Assembly: GCA_964291315.2 (NCBI GenBank)
Contig: OZ219753.1
Coordinates: forward strand, 576,001 to 640,000
Source of the DNA: Candidatus Poribacteria bacterium
GTDB taxonomy: Bacteria > Poribacteria > WGA-4E > WGA-3G
Length of the DNA: 64,000 nucleotides
Reading direction: 5' to 3'
The translations under genes were made by a program, and so were the position numbers. Positions 28,892 through 38,205 of this stretch are shown here, piece after piece (the first letter of the stretch is position 1; each line of letters opens with the position of its first letter). The notes under the pieces are model-generated. The model made no database searches, was not told the origin of the DNA, and saw only the letters and a list, made by a program, of their open reading frames with translations.

Positions 28892-29446
28892 TTAAGGTAA
28901 AGATCTTATATGATCCCGTAGATTTGTGAATTGCGTTCTACACACTGTGTCTTGTACTCGACGTTCTAAGAGTCCTGCTTCAACTTCAGCGATTAATGTT
29001 TTCATGGCCTTCCACACTTTTTTTTCTAATTCACAGTCTATCACACCACCTCGCACCGCCCCTGCAAACTCGTCCTCGTCTTGAATTTCGTAAGTGCTAT
29101 CCGGATTTATCCAGAGGTCCAAAAATAGATCTGTTATTTCAAAACAATCGAGATTGCCTGTTGCATTTACATACCGCTTGACAGGCTTCATAATATCACA
29201 ATAGTAACCTGTCCACTCATTATCCAGATTATAAACTTTACCGACATCGTGCCAAAGCCCTGTAAATACAAACCAAACCACAGCGAAGTTATCTCCTAAC
29301 ACAGTTTTATTGTTTTGAACTATCGGAGAGGATGGTTTGACGCGTTGAGATGTGACAATAACGTCGTTGTCTACGTAGAGTAATTGCTGTTGAAAGCGAT
29401 TAACTCGGTTGGGGGGTCTCTTATAGGTGAGTGTTATCGTCCGCAT
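28892..29446 (-). CDS. DUF402 domain protein
   Basis: 'GYYCDI', 'TDLFLDLWI', 'DEDEF'. Confidence 0.8.
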   Translation of the reverse strand: MRTITLTYKRPPNRVNRFQQQLLYVDNDVIVTSQRVKPSSPIVQNNKTVLGDNFAVVWFVFTGLWHDVGKVYNLDNEWTGYYCDIMKPVKRYVNATGNLDCFEITDLFLDLWINPDSTYEIQDEDEFAGAVRGGVIDCELEKKVWKAMKTLIAEVEAGLLERRVQDTVCRTQFTNLRDHIRSLP

Positions 29447-29481
29447 TCCACCTCCAAAAACTTTCCGTTCATTAGTTGTTT

Positions 29482-30045
29482 CTATGAATCAATTCCCAAA
29501 ATAAGGACAGGGATATCAATGTCAGCGACCCCTCGTTGGTCTAAATCCCAGACGAACTGCTCAAAGTATGAGACTCCGATAGACATGTCATTAGCAAAAC
29601 ACTTGACTGGGACGACCTCAATGCCGGCATCGATGTAACCCAAGTTGCGAAAAATGGTCATTTTGGCACACACGTTGTAAACCATAAATGCATACTTTCC
29701 AAACTGTATCTCTACTCCAAGGCGCTCCTTTAAAAAGTCCATTTCTCGGTATGCTGGACGCATCTGTTTTGGCGAATATTCGGGTCGGTAGTATTCTGTC
29801 GAATAATGACACATTACGCGTTTCTTCTGCCATCCTTTGGATCCGAAGCCCTGGGCAAAAGCACGGTTAAGATCTGAGGGGCTATACAACTTTTTACCCG
29901 GCATTGTGAGTTCCTTACTTTCCTTAATTTTGTAGAGCGAGGCATCAACACCCGCAATAATTTGTTCCACCTCTTGTAATAAATAAGTGTGTGTATTTTC
30001 AATAGAGCGCCCGCCGTTAAATGGATATTCGGCAGCAATAATCAT
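29482..30045 (-). CDS. BglII/BstYI-family type II restriction endonuclease
   Basis: 'EMDFLKERLGVEIQFGKY' D..ExQ motif; 'DAGIEVVP'; 'IDIPVLILGI'; SD GGAGGT before ATG 30045. Confidence 0.85.
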   Translation of the reverse strand: MIIAAEYPFNGGRSIENTHTYLLQEVEQIIAGVDASLYKIKESKELTMPGKKLYSPSDLNRAFAQGFGSKGWQKKRVMCHYSTEYYRPEYSPKQMRPAYREMDFLKERLGVEIQFGKYAFMVYNVCAKMTIFRNLGYIDAGIEVVPVKCFANDMSIGVSYFEQFVWDLDQRGVADIDIPVLILGIDS

Positions 30046-30064
30046 GACAATTCTACCTCCAATT

Positions 30065-31051
30065 CTATTTCCATTCCAAAGGTATCTGTGCATTAAGATC
30101 TTTTTTGGTTGGCTTATGGATAGGTTTTCCTAAGGGCCGGAGTCGCAATACTCCTTGTGAGAACCTCTGGATTCTTTCCCGGGCAATAGAGACATACTTT
30201 GCATCTTGTTCAGCAGCAATCGCTTTTCGATTATGGTGTAAGGCACCGATGATAGTCGAGGCGACTCCACAATATGGGTCTAAAACAGTTCCTCCCGGTT
30301 CTGTGAGAGCTAAAACACATCGTTGGACTAATTCGACAGGGAATTGGCAGGGGTGTTCGGTTTTTTCTGGATGGTTTGCTTTGACATTTGGAATGTCCCA
30401 AATTTCATTCTCCCAGTCTTGCGTGACGACATCCCAAATATCAGAAGGATTCTTGCCGAGTGGGTTCCCCGAGAGTTGTCCTTTTTTCGGTCCTTTGAAA
30501 TGTCGCTTACCTGGGTATTTGGAAGGAACCCTCACTGGATCGAGATTGAAAATGTATTCATCCTCCTTGGTAAACCATAAGATAACTTCATAGCGCCCAC
30601 AGAATCGCTTTGTGCAGTGCAAGCCGTGATTAAATTTCCATATGATGCGATTTCGCAACTTTAAGCCGAAACGTTTGAAAATCTCATAAAAGTAGATATC
30701 AAGCGGGAACACCTCTCCCTTTTGGACGTAATTTCCTACTTGCCAGCAGAGACTTCCAGTAGAAGCAAGTACCCGAATCATTTCCTTGATGACAGGTTCC
30801 TGACTTTTTAGGTAGGCCTGTAATGATGTCACTTTCTCATACTTTTTACCTATGTTGTAGGGTGGAGATGTGATGACCAACTCAACCGAATTTGATGGAA
30901 TGTTCCTCAGTAAGTCGCTACAATGTCCATGGCAAAGAACAACGTCCATATTCGTATTGTAGGTCTCTGAAACTGTAATCTGACGCGGTTCATTAAACAT
31001 ATCCACCGTACAGTCAATTTTTTCAATGTGAGAAGGCTTTTTGTGTTCCAT
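30065..31051 (-). CDS. Beta-class N4-cytosine DNA methyltransferase, cognate of BglII-like REase
   Basis: 'VITSPPY', 'HPCQFP', 'VLDPYCG'. Confidence 0.9.
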   Translation of the reverse strand: MEHKKPSHIEKIDCTVDMFNEPRQITVSETYNTNMDVVLCHGHCSDLLRNIPSNSVELVITSPPYNIGKKYEKVTSLQAYLKSQEPVIKEMIRVLASTGSLCWQVGNYVQKGEVFPLDIYFYEIFKRFGLKLRNRIIWKFNHGLHCTKRFCGRYEVILWFTKEDEYIFNLDPVRVPSKYPGKRHFKGPKKGQLSGNPLGKNPSDIWDVVTQDWENEIWDIPNVKANHPEKTEHPCQFPVELVQRCVLALTEPGGTVLDPYCGVASTIIGALHHNRKAIAAEQDAKYVSIARERIQRFSQGVLRLRPLGKPIHKPTKKDLNAQIPLEWK

Positions 31052-31073
31052 GTAAGTAGCCTCAAAATCTATC

Positions 31074-31187
31074 AGGACTTTCGCAAATTGGACATATTCG
31101 CCTTACCCTTAACAGCATCCGCTTTCCGATACGAAGGCCGACATCATCCGGTATGAGAGGAGCTTTAAGAGAAGATGCGTAAGTCCT
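31074..31187. mobile_element. 114-bp MITE-like element
   Basis: TIRs AGGACTTTCGCA / TGCGTAAGTCCT (11/12 match), flanked on both sides by ATC (3-bp direct repeat); no ORF. Confidence 0.62.
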
Positions 31188-31235
31188 ATCTGTTATTTGA
31201 CAAAAACTGGCTATTTATGACATCGTTAGTTGATA

Positions 31236-32252
31236 TTAAGTCCCTGATTCTGAACAATAGGACGACATTGCCTTACGAAAATCTTTGATGTGCATAGGTG
31301 TTGTACCGCAACATCCGCCTACTAAGGAGGCACCGGCTTCAAGGAGTTCGGGAACATAGCTCGCCATTTGTTTGGGGGTTTGTGTATAGAAGGTTTTATG
31401 GTTCTCATCAAGCTTGGGCATGCCGGCATTTGGATACGCCATCAGCCACTTGCCCTGAACGTCCCTGTCAGTCAGTGCTGTCTGGAGCTGCTGGGTACCG
31501 GTAATTGCATAACGCATTCCAGTATGTTCATCACGTCTGGATTCAGCACCGCAGTTTACACCTATGATGCTAACTGCATCTAATAGCGAATTACCAGATG
31601 AAAGTTCACTATTCGTGAGGATATCGAGCAAATCTGCTGGAGAATTACCCCAATCTGTTCGATAAACAATATTGTCGCTTCGCCGTTCTTTTGTCCATTT
31701 GTATGTTAAATTCACTGCGATAGGCAGATTTGTATGACTCGCGACCTCTACAGCAATTGCTGCTTCTTTAGCGGAGAACATTGTTTCCAAGCAGAGGAAA
31801 TCCACACCTTCTTCTGCAAGGGTATGGATAACTAGCTGATGCGCCTGCGCTGCGTCTGCGTTTGCAATCCCAAAGGTCGTATCGCCGCTGTCTGCTTCAA
31901 TCGCGCCAGGGGAGGGCCCCACGGAACCTGCGATATAAATCTCCTTACCGCTCCGTTCGACAGCAGTTTTTGCGTGTTGAACAGCCAACCGTATGAGGCG
32001 TTGGGCATCTGATGGGCTTCGACCTGCCATTTGCAGATGAAGTGGCGATGCTACAAACGTGTTTGTTCCAATTACCTCAGCACCCGCGTTGATGTAATTC
32101 GAATGAATGTCAATAACAGTAGCAGCGTGTAGCTCATTGGCAAGTGCACTATTTGCAAGTTCTATACTGCGCGTGAACAACTGCGAACCGAATCCGCCGT
32201 CACACAAAATTGGTTTGTCAGCATTTAATCTGTCTTGAAAAGAAGTTTTCAC
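31236..32252 (-). CDS. Homocysteine S-methyltransferase family (stand-alone MetH Hcy domain)
   Basis: 'LCDGGFG', 'AGSVGP', 'LETM', Zn ligands 'GVNC' and 'GGCCG', 'YPNAG'. Confidence 0.88.
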   Translation of the reverse strand: MKTSFQDRLNADKPILCDGGFGSQLFTRSIELANSALANELHAATVIDIHSNYINAGAEVIGTNTFVASPLHLQMAGRSPSDAQRLIRLAVQHAKTAVERSGKEIYIAGSVGPSPGAIEADSGDTTFGIANADAAQAHQLVIHTLAEEGVDFLCLETMFSAKEAAIAVEVASHTNLPIAVNLTYKWTKERRSDNIVYRTDWGNSPADLLDILTNSELSSGNSLLDAVSIIGVNCGAESRRDEHTGMRYAITGTQQLQTALTDRDVQGKWLMAYPNAGMPKLDENHKTFYTQTPKQMASYVPELLEAGASLVGGCCGTTPMHIKDFRKAMSSYCSESGT

Positions 32253-34184
32253 TTACGTTTCGTCTCCATGTTTCTTGTTGCGCCCGTATGTGAATCTCAC
32301 CGGCATGGGTTTGAATTGACAACCTTCTACGAATACATCAAAGAAATCGGGCGTAGTCTCCAATTCAACGTGCTCAATATTCTTAACGAGTGCTTCGATA
32401 TAGGTGCGTTTTTTGCCGGAAAGGAGTACCGCAGTTGCCCCAGCTGCAGCAGCGTTGCCAATTTTGACGACATTCGCCTCTGGAGCAGGTGCTAGGAATC
32501 CGATATCAACAGCGTCTTGTCTGTCAACGTAATTGGCGAACCCGCCCGCTAGAAAGAGGGTGGTAATTTCTTCTGGAGCGCAACCGAAGTGCCTTAAAAC
32601 AATATATTGCCCGCAATAGTTTGCAGCTTTCGCTTGTGCCAGATTACTAGCATCCTCGCGCGAGAACGTAATACCGTATTCTGGCAAGACAGATATAACA
32701 CGTTGCTTTCTGTCTGAAAAAACCCCCTTCGGACTCATCAGATCATTTCGCCGGAGTTCTGCGAGAAGCGAAATCAATCCGGAACCGCATAGACCTTGCG
32801 GAGTCTCTCCATCAACTGTATCACAATTAAATTGATGACCATCCCATTTTACGGACTCAATAGCACCGGGATAAGCGGGCATTCCGTATTCAATGCCGCC
32901 GCCTTCAAATGCTGGGCCAGCCGGACAGGATGCTGCGACCATCCGCTTTGCGTTTCCAACGACTACCTCCGTGTTTGTCCCGACATCAACTAACATGATG
33001 ACCTCATCTACTGCCGGTATGTCAATCGAGACCAAATCAGCGGCAACATCTGCTCCAACGTGGCTTGCGATTAAGGGTAGACTAGACACCATCGCTTTCG
33101 GATTCGCGCGGATACCTAACCGACGTGTCTTTTCAGTCAGAGAAGTGGTTGAACGGATGCCGTCCCGGTACTCATGCTCAATCAGAGATTTATACGGTTT
33201 TTGTCCAATGCTCTGGACATCCTGTTTAAAGAAAATATCGCGCATTGTTGTATTACCGACAACGACGATCTCATAAATCTCCTGTCGGGCAAAATTATGA
33301 CGAGTACACATTTTCATGATTTCGCTGTTCAAGGCGGCGATCAAGGAACGGCGCAGCTCTCCATGAAATTCACCATCATAACTGATTCTATTCATAATAT
33401 CGCTGCCACCAAAACGCTGTGGATTTTCAAAGGAACTGACAGAAACGGTTTCCGCATTCTCTAAATCCACGAGATTTACCACTACGGTTGTTGTCCCAAT
33501 GTCTATGGCTAACCCATAAAGGTGTCCTCGGTAGCGATCAATAGCTTCGTTATCGTAATAGACAACGGCATCGCGATGGGTGACCCGTGGATCGAGTCCC
33601 GGCGTTTCATTGTTATTCGTAACTGCCCGGGTCAAAATCCTCGGTGTGCGCCGAAGAGGTGTAAATTCAATGTCTTTATCGACATCCAGGACAACAGCTT
33701 GGCAAGCGAGACGGTAGTTATCTCGGAGGAAATTTTCCGCTTCGCTCGGTGGCTGGATGGAGTCCATCCCACGTTTGATTTCAACAATGCATTCATGGCA
33801 TTGTCCAGTTCGAAAACAAGAGGTAGGTACCTGTACGGCTAAATCGTCTGCGTAATCAAAAATCGTTTTTCCGGGGGTGAGTTGATAAGATTTCCCGTTA
33901 CATGTAATCGTGCCGGCACTGTGTGCTCCTGCTTCTTCGCCTGGATCGTCAATCTCCCACGCGCTTCGATAATCCAATTTATCGTCGCCGGCACAGAGAA
34001 GTCCCGTTCCTTCATCAATTTTTCTCTGATTTTGACAACCAAATTTCGCTGTGCAGTGGTCAAAGCGGTTTTTGTAGGGGCATCGGTAGGTGGCTTGAGC
34101 ATCTGCGTGGACAACCAATCCCTCGAATATCTCGGTGATTTTATTCAGGCGTTTTTCGTATTCCGTTTTGTCTATCTTTTTCAT
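32253..34184 (-). CDS. ASKHA ATPase corrinoid reductive activator (RACE/DUF4445) with 2Fe-2S domain and extra Cys-rich N-terminus
   Basis: 'CFRTGQCHEC..RLACQ', 'AIDIGTTT', 'NPQRFGGSDIMNRI', 'DVGTNTE', 'AGPAFEG', 'LAGGFAN'. Start set at MKKID (34184). Confidence 0.87.
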   Translation of the reverse strand: MKKIDKTEYEKRLNKITEIFEGLVVHADAQATYRCPYKNRFDHCTAKFGCQNQRKIDEGTGLLCAGDDKLDYRSAWEIDDPGEEAGAHSAGTITCNGKSYQLTPGKTIFDYADDLAVQVPTSCFRTGQCHECIVEIKRGMDSIQPPSEAENFLRDNYRLACQAVVLDVDKDIEFTPLRRTPRILTRAVTNNNETPGLDPRVTHRDAVVYYDNEAIDRYRGHLYGLAIDIGTTTVVVNLVDLENAETVSVSSFENPQRFGGSDIMNRISYDGEFHGELRRSLIAALNSEIMKMCTRHNFARQEIYEIVVVGNTTMRDIFFKQDVQSIGQKPYKSLIEHEYRDGIRSTTSLTEKTRRLGIRANPKAMVSSLPLIASHVGADVAADLVSIDIPAVDEVIMLVDVGTNTEVVVGNAKRMVAASCPAGPAFEGGGIEYGMPAYPGAIESVKWDGHQFNCDTVDGETPQGLCGSGLISLLAELRRNDLMSPKGVFSDRKQRVISVLPEYGITFSREDASNLAQAKAANYCGQYIVLRHFGCAPEEITTLFLAGGFANYVDRQDAVDIGFLAPAPEANVVKIGNAAAAGATAVLLSGKKRTYIEALVKNIEHVELETTPDFFDVFVEGCQFKPMPVRFTYGRNKKHGDET

Positions 34185-34191
34185 ATTTTGA

Positions 34192-34311
34192 CCGTTATTA
34201 GTTAAGAGACTTTTCGTTCCAATCTGCACTTGCTTGGAGTGACAGGCAATAAATTGCAACAAAGAAAACCTTTTAACCGATAACTGATAGTTGTCAAGCA
34301 ATAGCTGTCTA
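34192..34311. repeat. Intergenic inverted-repeat element with heptamer tail
   Basis: Left arm ccgttattagttaagagacttttc (34192-34215) vs reverse complement of 34264-34286 cagttatcggttaaaaggttttc; heptamers ccgataa|ctgatag|ttgtcaa|gcaatag|ctgtcta. Confidence 0.55.
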
Positions 34312-35067
34312 CTATCCCTCATTTTCTTCTAAAAGGAACTGTTTAGCTAAGGCGACACAGGCGAGAGCATCCTTACCGTATCCATCAGCTCCCATATCAT
34401 CAGCGAATATCTGCGTGACAGGGGCACCACCTACCATAATTTTTACGTCTTCCCGCAAGTCCTCGTCAATGAAGGCATCAATTGTTTTTCCCATATTCGG
34501 CATTGTCGTTGTCAGGAGAGCGGACATACCCAAAATAGGGGCTTTGTATGCTTCAACCGCTTCAATGAATTCATCCTCAGAGGTATCGACCCCCAAATCG
34601 TGTACGACGAAACCGGCACCGCGGAGCATCATGATACACAGATTTTTGCCGATATCATGGAGGTCCCCCTTGACAGTACCCATGATCACAGTGCTGATTG
34701 GGTCAATGCCTGAGTCGGAGAGAATGGGTTCTATATGTTCCATACCGGCTTTCATTGCGCGTGCACAAGCTAAGACCTCAGGCACAAAAATGAAGTTCTC
34801 GCGGAACTTGATGCCGACGATACCCATGCCAGCGATAAGCCCATCATCCATAATCTCTAATGCTTCCGTTCCGTCTGCCAGGGCTGCCGCCGTCAATTCA
34901 TCAACAGTATGATGGTCACCATCGATAAGCGCGGCGGCGATGTCTTGCATAGCTGCGTTCGCTTGTGCAAACCTTTCAACAGTTAATTCTATTTCATCGG
35001 GCAGTTCGATGTACTCTTCAATTTCTTCTCGGATCAATTCATTTGCGATGTCATTAATAGATGCCAC
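34312..35067 (-). CDS. Corrinoid (B12-binding) protein, MtbC/MetH cap + B12 domain
   Basis: 'GMGIVG..F', 'GDLHDIGKN' (DxHxxG), 'SALLTTT', 'MVGGAP'; SD GAGGAGG before GTG 35067. Confidence 0.92.
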   Translation of the reverse strand: MASINDIANELIREEIEEYIELPDEIELTVERFAQANAAMQDIAAALIDGDHHTVDELTAAALADGTEALEIMDDGLIAGMGIVGIKFRENFIFVPEVLACARAMKAGMEHIEPILSDSGIDPISTVIMGTVKGDLHDIGKNLCIMMLRGAGFVVHDLGVDTSEDEFIEAVEAYKAPILGMSALLTTTMPNMGKTIDAFIDEDLREDVKIMVGGAPVTQIFADDMGADGYGKDALACVALAKQFLLEENEG

Positions 35068-35204
35068 GTGTTTTGAATTCCTCCTCAGAAAACATAAGAT
35101 ACCACAGACAGAGAAAAATAGCAATGAATTTCGTGAACGCCAACACAGTCAGTGTGCCCCATGATTTCTAGGAATGTTCATATATTGGGTCGGATCAGTT
35201 CTTC

Positions 35205-36251
35205 CTAATTCTTCTCGCGGTACTCTTGCAAGAGAGTGTTAATTTTGTCAAGAAAGGTTTGGGAATAAATTTGACCCACCAATGCGCTGTGGGTTTCCGC
35301 GGCAATGACATCCCATGCTTTTCGAGAATCTTCATCGAATTCTACTACCTCAATCCCGGCCTTCTTCTGAAGTGCGTCAAGTGCCCTATCATTATCCTTG
35401 CGGATATTCTGAATTAAATCGCCCTGAAACGCTTTGGCGACTTCGCGCACAACCTTCTGTTGTTCTGGCGAGAGTTGATCAAATTTCTCTCTTGTCATGA
35501 CTGTAGCCCCGATCCCGACGTTAACTGGAAGATCGCTCATGTACTTAAATTTATCATACCATTGCAGCGCAACAGCGACATAGGGGGAGGCAACTATAGT
35601 GTTGATCTGGCCTGAGTAGAGGGACGGTAGGACTTGTGTAACTTCCCTTGGTACGGTTGCGATCTCCGCGTTTTCGTAAAATTCGAGGGCAATTTTGTCA
35701 CTCGTACGCGCCCACATCTTTACATCGGCGGACTGAAGATCGGCAATAGTGCGGATAGGGCGATTGCTAAAAATAAAATAATAGCCGATGTCCCCCATAC
35801 CCAGCAAAATGTATCCAGCCTCCATAAAGGCTTTTTCAAGATCCGCCTGAAGATAGTCGCGCACATAGTCAAGTTCATCGTAGGTTTTGAACATTCGAGG
35901 GAGTTGAAAAATTAGGACCTCTTCTTGTATTTCACCGAGGCCGGTAGCTGTCATAGCTCCTGCGTGGATTAGGCCCGCGCGCATCTTTCGGACAACATCG
36001 AGCTCGTCTCCCTGAACCCCATTTGGATAGATACGAAGCCGAAGCTTACCGCCCGTTTTTGCACGAATCTCTTTTCCCATCGCTTCAAAGTTGTTCATCC
36101 AGGTTGACCCCTTCGGGGCGAGGGTTGCAAACTTAATGGACTCAGCGGCGAGATATGTTAGCGGTAAACAGAGCATCCCTAAACAGATCAGAAACATTCT
36201 CAGAAACCTAGCCGCGTGTATCTTAGAGTCTATTTTCTTCTCTTGCATCAT
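35205..36251 (-). CDS. TRAP substrate-binding protein DctP (TatP-like)
   Basis: Signal peptide; 'IKFATLAPKGS', 'YPNGVQGDE'. Confidence 0.85.
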   Translation of the reverse strand: MMQEKKIDSKIHAARFLRMFLICLGMLCLPLTYLAAESIKFATLAPKGSTWMNNFEAMGKEIRAKTGGKLRLRIYPNGVQGDELDVVRKMRAGLIHAGAMTATGLGEIQEEVLIFQLPRMFKTYDELDYVRDYLQADLEKAFMEAGYILLGMGDIGYYFIFSNRPIRTIADLQSADVKMWARTSDKIALEFYENAEIATVPREVTQVLPSLYSGQINTIVASPYVAVALQWYDKFKYMSDLPVNVGIGATVMTREKFDQLSPEQQKVVREVAKAFQGDLIQNIRKDNDRALDALQKKAGIEVVEFDEDSRKAWDVIAAETHSALVGQIYSQTFLDKINTLLQEYREKN

Positions 36252-37156
36252 TCAGTTCCTCCTTCTTCCATTTCCAAATCAAAAAGCATATCAATCTGGT
36301 CAAGCCATCGTTCTGCGCGCGATTTCGCCAAGGCGGTCGCGGCTTCCTCACCAGGGAAAATGTCCGAAGGTGCGTCAAGCACTTCCTGCAAAGCCTGCCT
36401 GTAGAGTTCTGCGTCCTGCTTAGGATAGGCATAATAGCGCGCGAGGTAAAATTTGCTCATCAGGAATTTGCCATCATTAATTTCATTTACACGCTCGATG
36501 TGTTCCTTCGCCTTCTCTGGATCACCACCGATGGACGTTGATCGGTCACCGTAATAGACTGCGTAGAACAGATGCGCGCTGCCAAAATAGAAAGTTTCAT
36601 CTAACTCAAGTACGCGTTGCATCATCAGTTCGACCCGAACTAAGTCAATTACTTCCATTGGATCGTCCTTCTGGAGGCTAATGCCGCGAGCTACGGCGTA
36701 CGCTGCCCAAAACAGCGGTTCCACCTGCTTTTTCTTAAGGGTCTGAAGTGCTTTCTCGAATACAGGGATATTGACAGTTCTCGGTTCTCTGAACGCCCTA
36801 TTAGATTTCGCGAGCACTTTGAAGGCGTATCCCTCAGCCTGCTTGTAGTGGTCAATGGCCTGTGTACGCATTTCCAACGCAATTTCATAGGCTCCATTGA
36901 TCTCAGCTTCCTCCATTCTATCCTCAAGAAACCCGGCGTACGATGAATGAGCGCGGGCGGTTTTAATAATGAGTCCTGTATTCCCAAACCTAGCGAGTCG
37001 GTCAAGTGTACCGAGGTTACCTTCTAGGGTAGACTCTACAACAGTTAGATTGCCTTCACTCTGAATCCCAGACAGCTTGGCGAGCCCACACCCTCCAAGG
37101 AGTATCAAAAGAAATAGTAAAACGGGTAGACAAAAACAAGGTTTATTGCATATCAT
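36248..37156 (-). CDS. TRAP transporter TatT component (TPR-like lipoprotein)
   Basis: Lipobox LLGGC; 'LELDETFYFGSAH', 'GGDPEKAKEH'; overlaps TatP start. Confidence 0.82.
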   Translation of the reverse strand: MICNKPCFCLPVLLFLLILLGGCGLAKLSGIQSEGNLTVVESTLEGNLGTLDRLARFGNTGLIIKTARAHSSYAGFLEDRMEEAEINGAYEIALEMRTQAIDHYKQAEGYAFKVLAKSNRAFREPRTVNIPVFEKALQTLKKKQVEPLFWAAYAVARGISLQKDDPMEVIDLVRVELMMQRVLELDETFYFGSAHLFYAVYYGDRSTSIGGDPEKAKEHIERVNEINDGKFLMSKFYLARYYAYPKQDAELYRQALQEVLDAPSDIFPGEEAATALAKSRAERWLDQIDMLFDLEMEEGGTE

Positions 37157-37233
37157 AGGTTTAAATTTGCCTCCTACACGTGCTATATGTTTTTACTATA
37201 GCCACTATGAAACCACCACAATGCTCCATCCTA

Positions 37234-38073
37234 TTAATGGTAGAGAAACAGCGGGACTGTTGTCTCTTGAATCAGATGTTGTGTAACACTGCCGACGAAG
37301 AATTCGCGAACACTTTTTCTGCCGTAAGATCCCATTACCAACATGTCAATGTCATTTTCGGTGATGTAGGATTTGACGACGGTATCAGGATGTCCACTTT
37401 GTATGACAAGTTTCGGCTTAATACCGTAACTCTCAAAGAATCCCGCCAGATTTTCTAGGAGTGTCTGCCCCGCTTCAGTATCATTATTAACAGTGAGTAG
37501 CGTTATGTCACAGGCGTTCCATATACCGAGAAGGAGAAACATTTGTACTGTCTTGGAAGCGGGGGCACTGTTATCATAAGCGACAAGGACTTTCTCAATT
37601 TTCCGGACTGAATCGGGGACAGCCAAAACGGGAGCAAGACCGTTCTTCAATATCCGTTCAAGCGTTCCATACGTTTCGTTGGCTGTATGCTCAAAGAAGG
37701 TCCGTTTCCCCATCAGAATAAAATCGTGGAATTTGGACTCCTCAATAATCTCGGAGAAAGGTCTGCCGGTAGCGGCATGTAAAACAGCCCTCACTTGTCG
37801 TTCTTCACAGATACGGGCAAAATCGTCAAGAATCGATTTTGCTTTCTCTTCCGTCTCCGCTAACTTCTGGTCTTCAAGTTGTACGTCATAATGTGTGCTA
37901 CCGATTGGTACTGGACCGCTTGAAGATCTAATCCCGGGAAGGTCAATGATAACGACACCGGTAATCAATGTGTTGTAAGTACGCGCAAATTGACAGGCAT
38001 ACTCTATTGCTGCTTGCGCGTAAGGGGACCCATCTAAACCGAGTAAAATTTTGGAAAAACTTGAATGTTTCAT
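37234..38073 (-). CDS. Universal stress protein (tandem USP)
   Basis: 'ILLGLDGS', 'VLVAYDNS', 'LVMGSYG..GSVT'. Confidence 0.9.
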   Translation of the reverse strand: MKHSSFSKILLGLDGSPYAQAAIEYACQFARTYNTLITGVVIIDLPGIRSSSGPVPIGSTHYDVQLEDQKLAETEEKAKSILDDFARICEERQVRAVLHAATGRPFSEIIEESKFHDFILMGKRTFFEHTANETYGTLERILKNGLAPVLAVPDSVRKIEKVLVAYDNSAPASKTVQMFLLLGIWNACDITLLTVNNDTEAGQTLLENLAGFFESYGIKPKLVIQSGHPDTVVKSYITENDIDMLVMGSYGRKSVREFFVGSVTQHLIQETTVPLFLYH

Positions 38074-38205
38074 CGTAGGAATTCCTCCTTTGCGGTTTTA
38101 CTAGTGCGCCTATAGGGCAAAATTCAGAAGAAATATATTGCATAGCGCACTGATCGTAATCCCATTTTAATGCTTTAATATAGCTTGTATTCGGAAACCG
38201 GCAAG

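Noticed and set aside
31086-31175. SAM riboswitch or hammerhead ribozyme next to the Hcy methyltransferase
   Set aside because: It lies 3' of that gene, lacks SAM-I or CUGAUGA/GAAA cores, and is better explained by TIRs plus a target duplication.
34185-34322. N-terminal extension 'MRDSRQLLLDNYQLSVKR' of the ASKHA ORF
   Set aside because: It is a read-through of the intergenic heptamer element; the likely start is ATG 34184.
38103-38151. Imperfect inverted repeat agtgcgc..gcgcact upstream of the USP gene
   Set aside because: Short stem, long AT-rich loop, no second copy; too weak to call.
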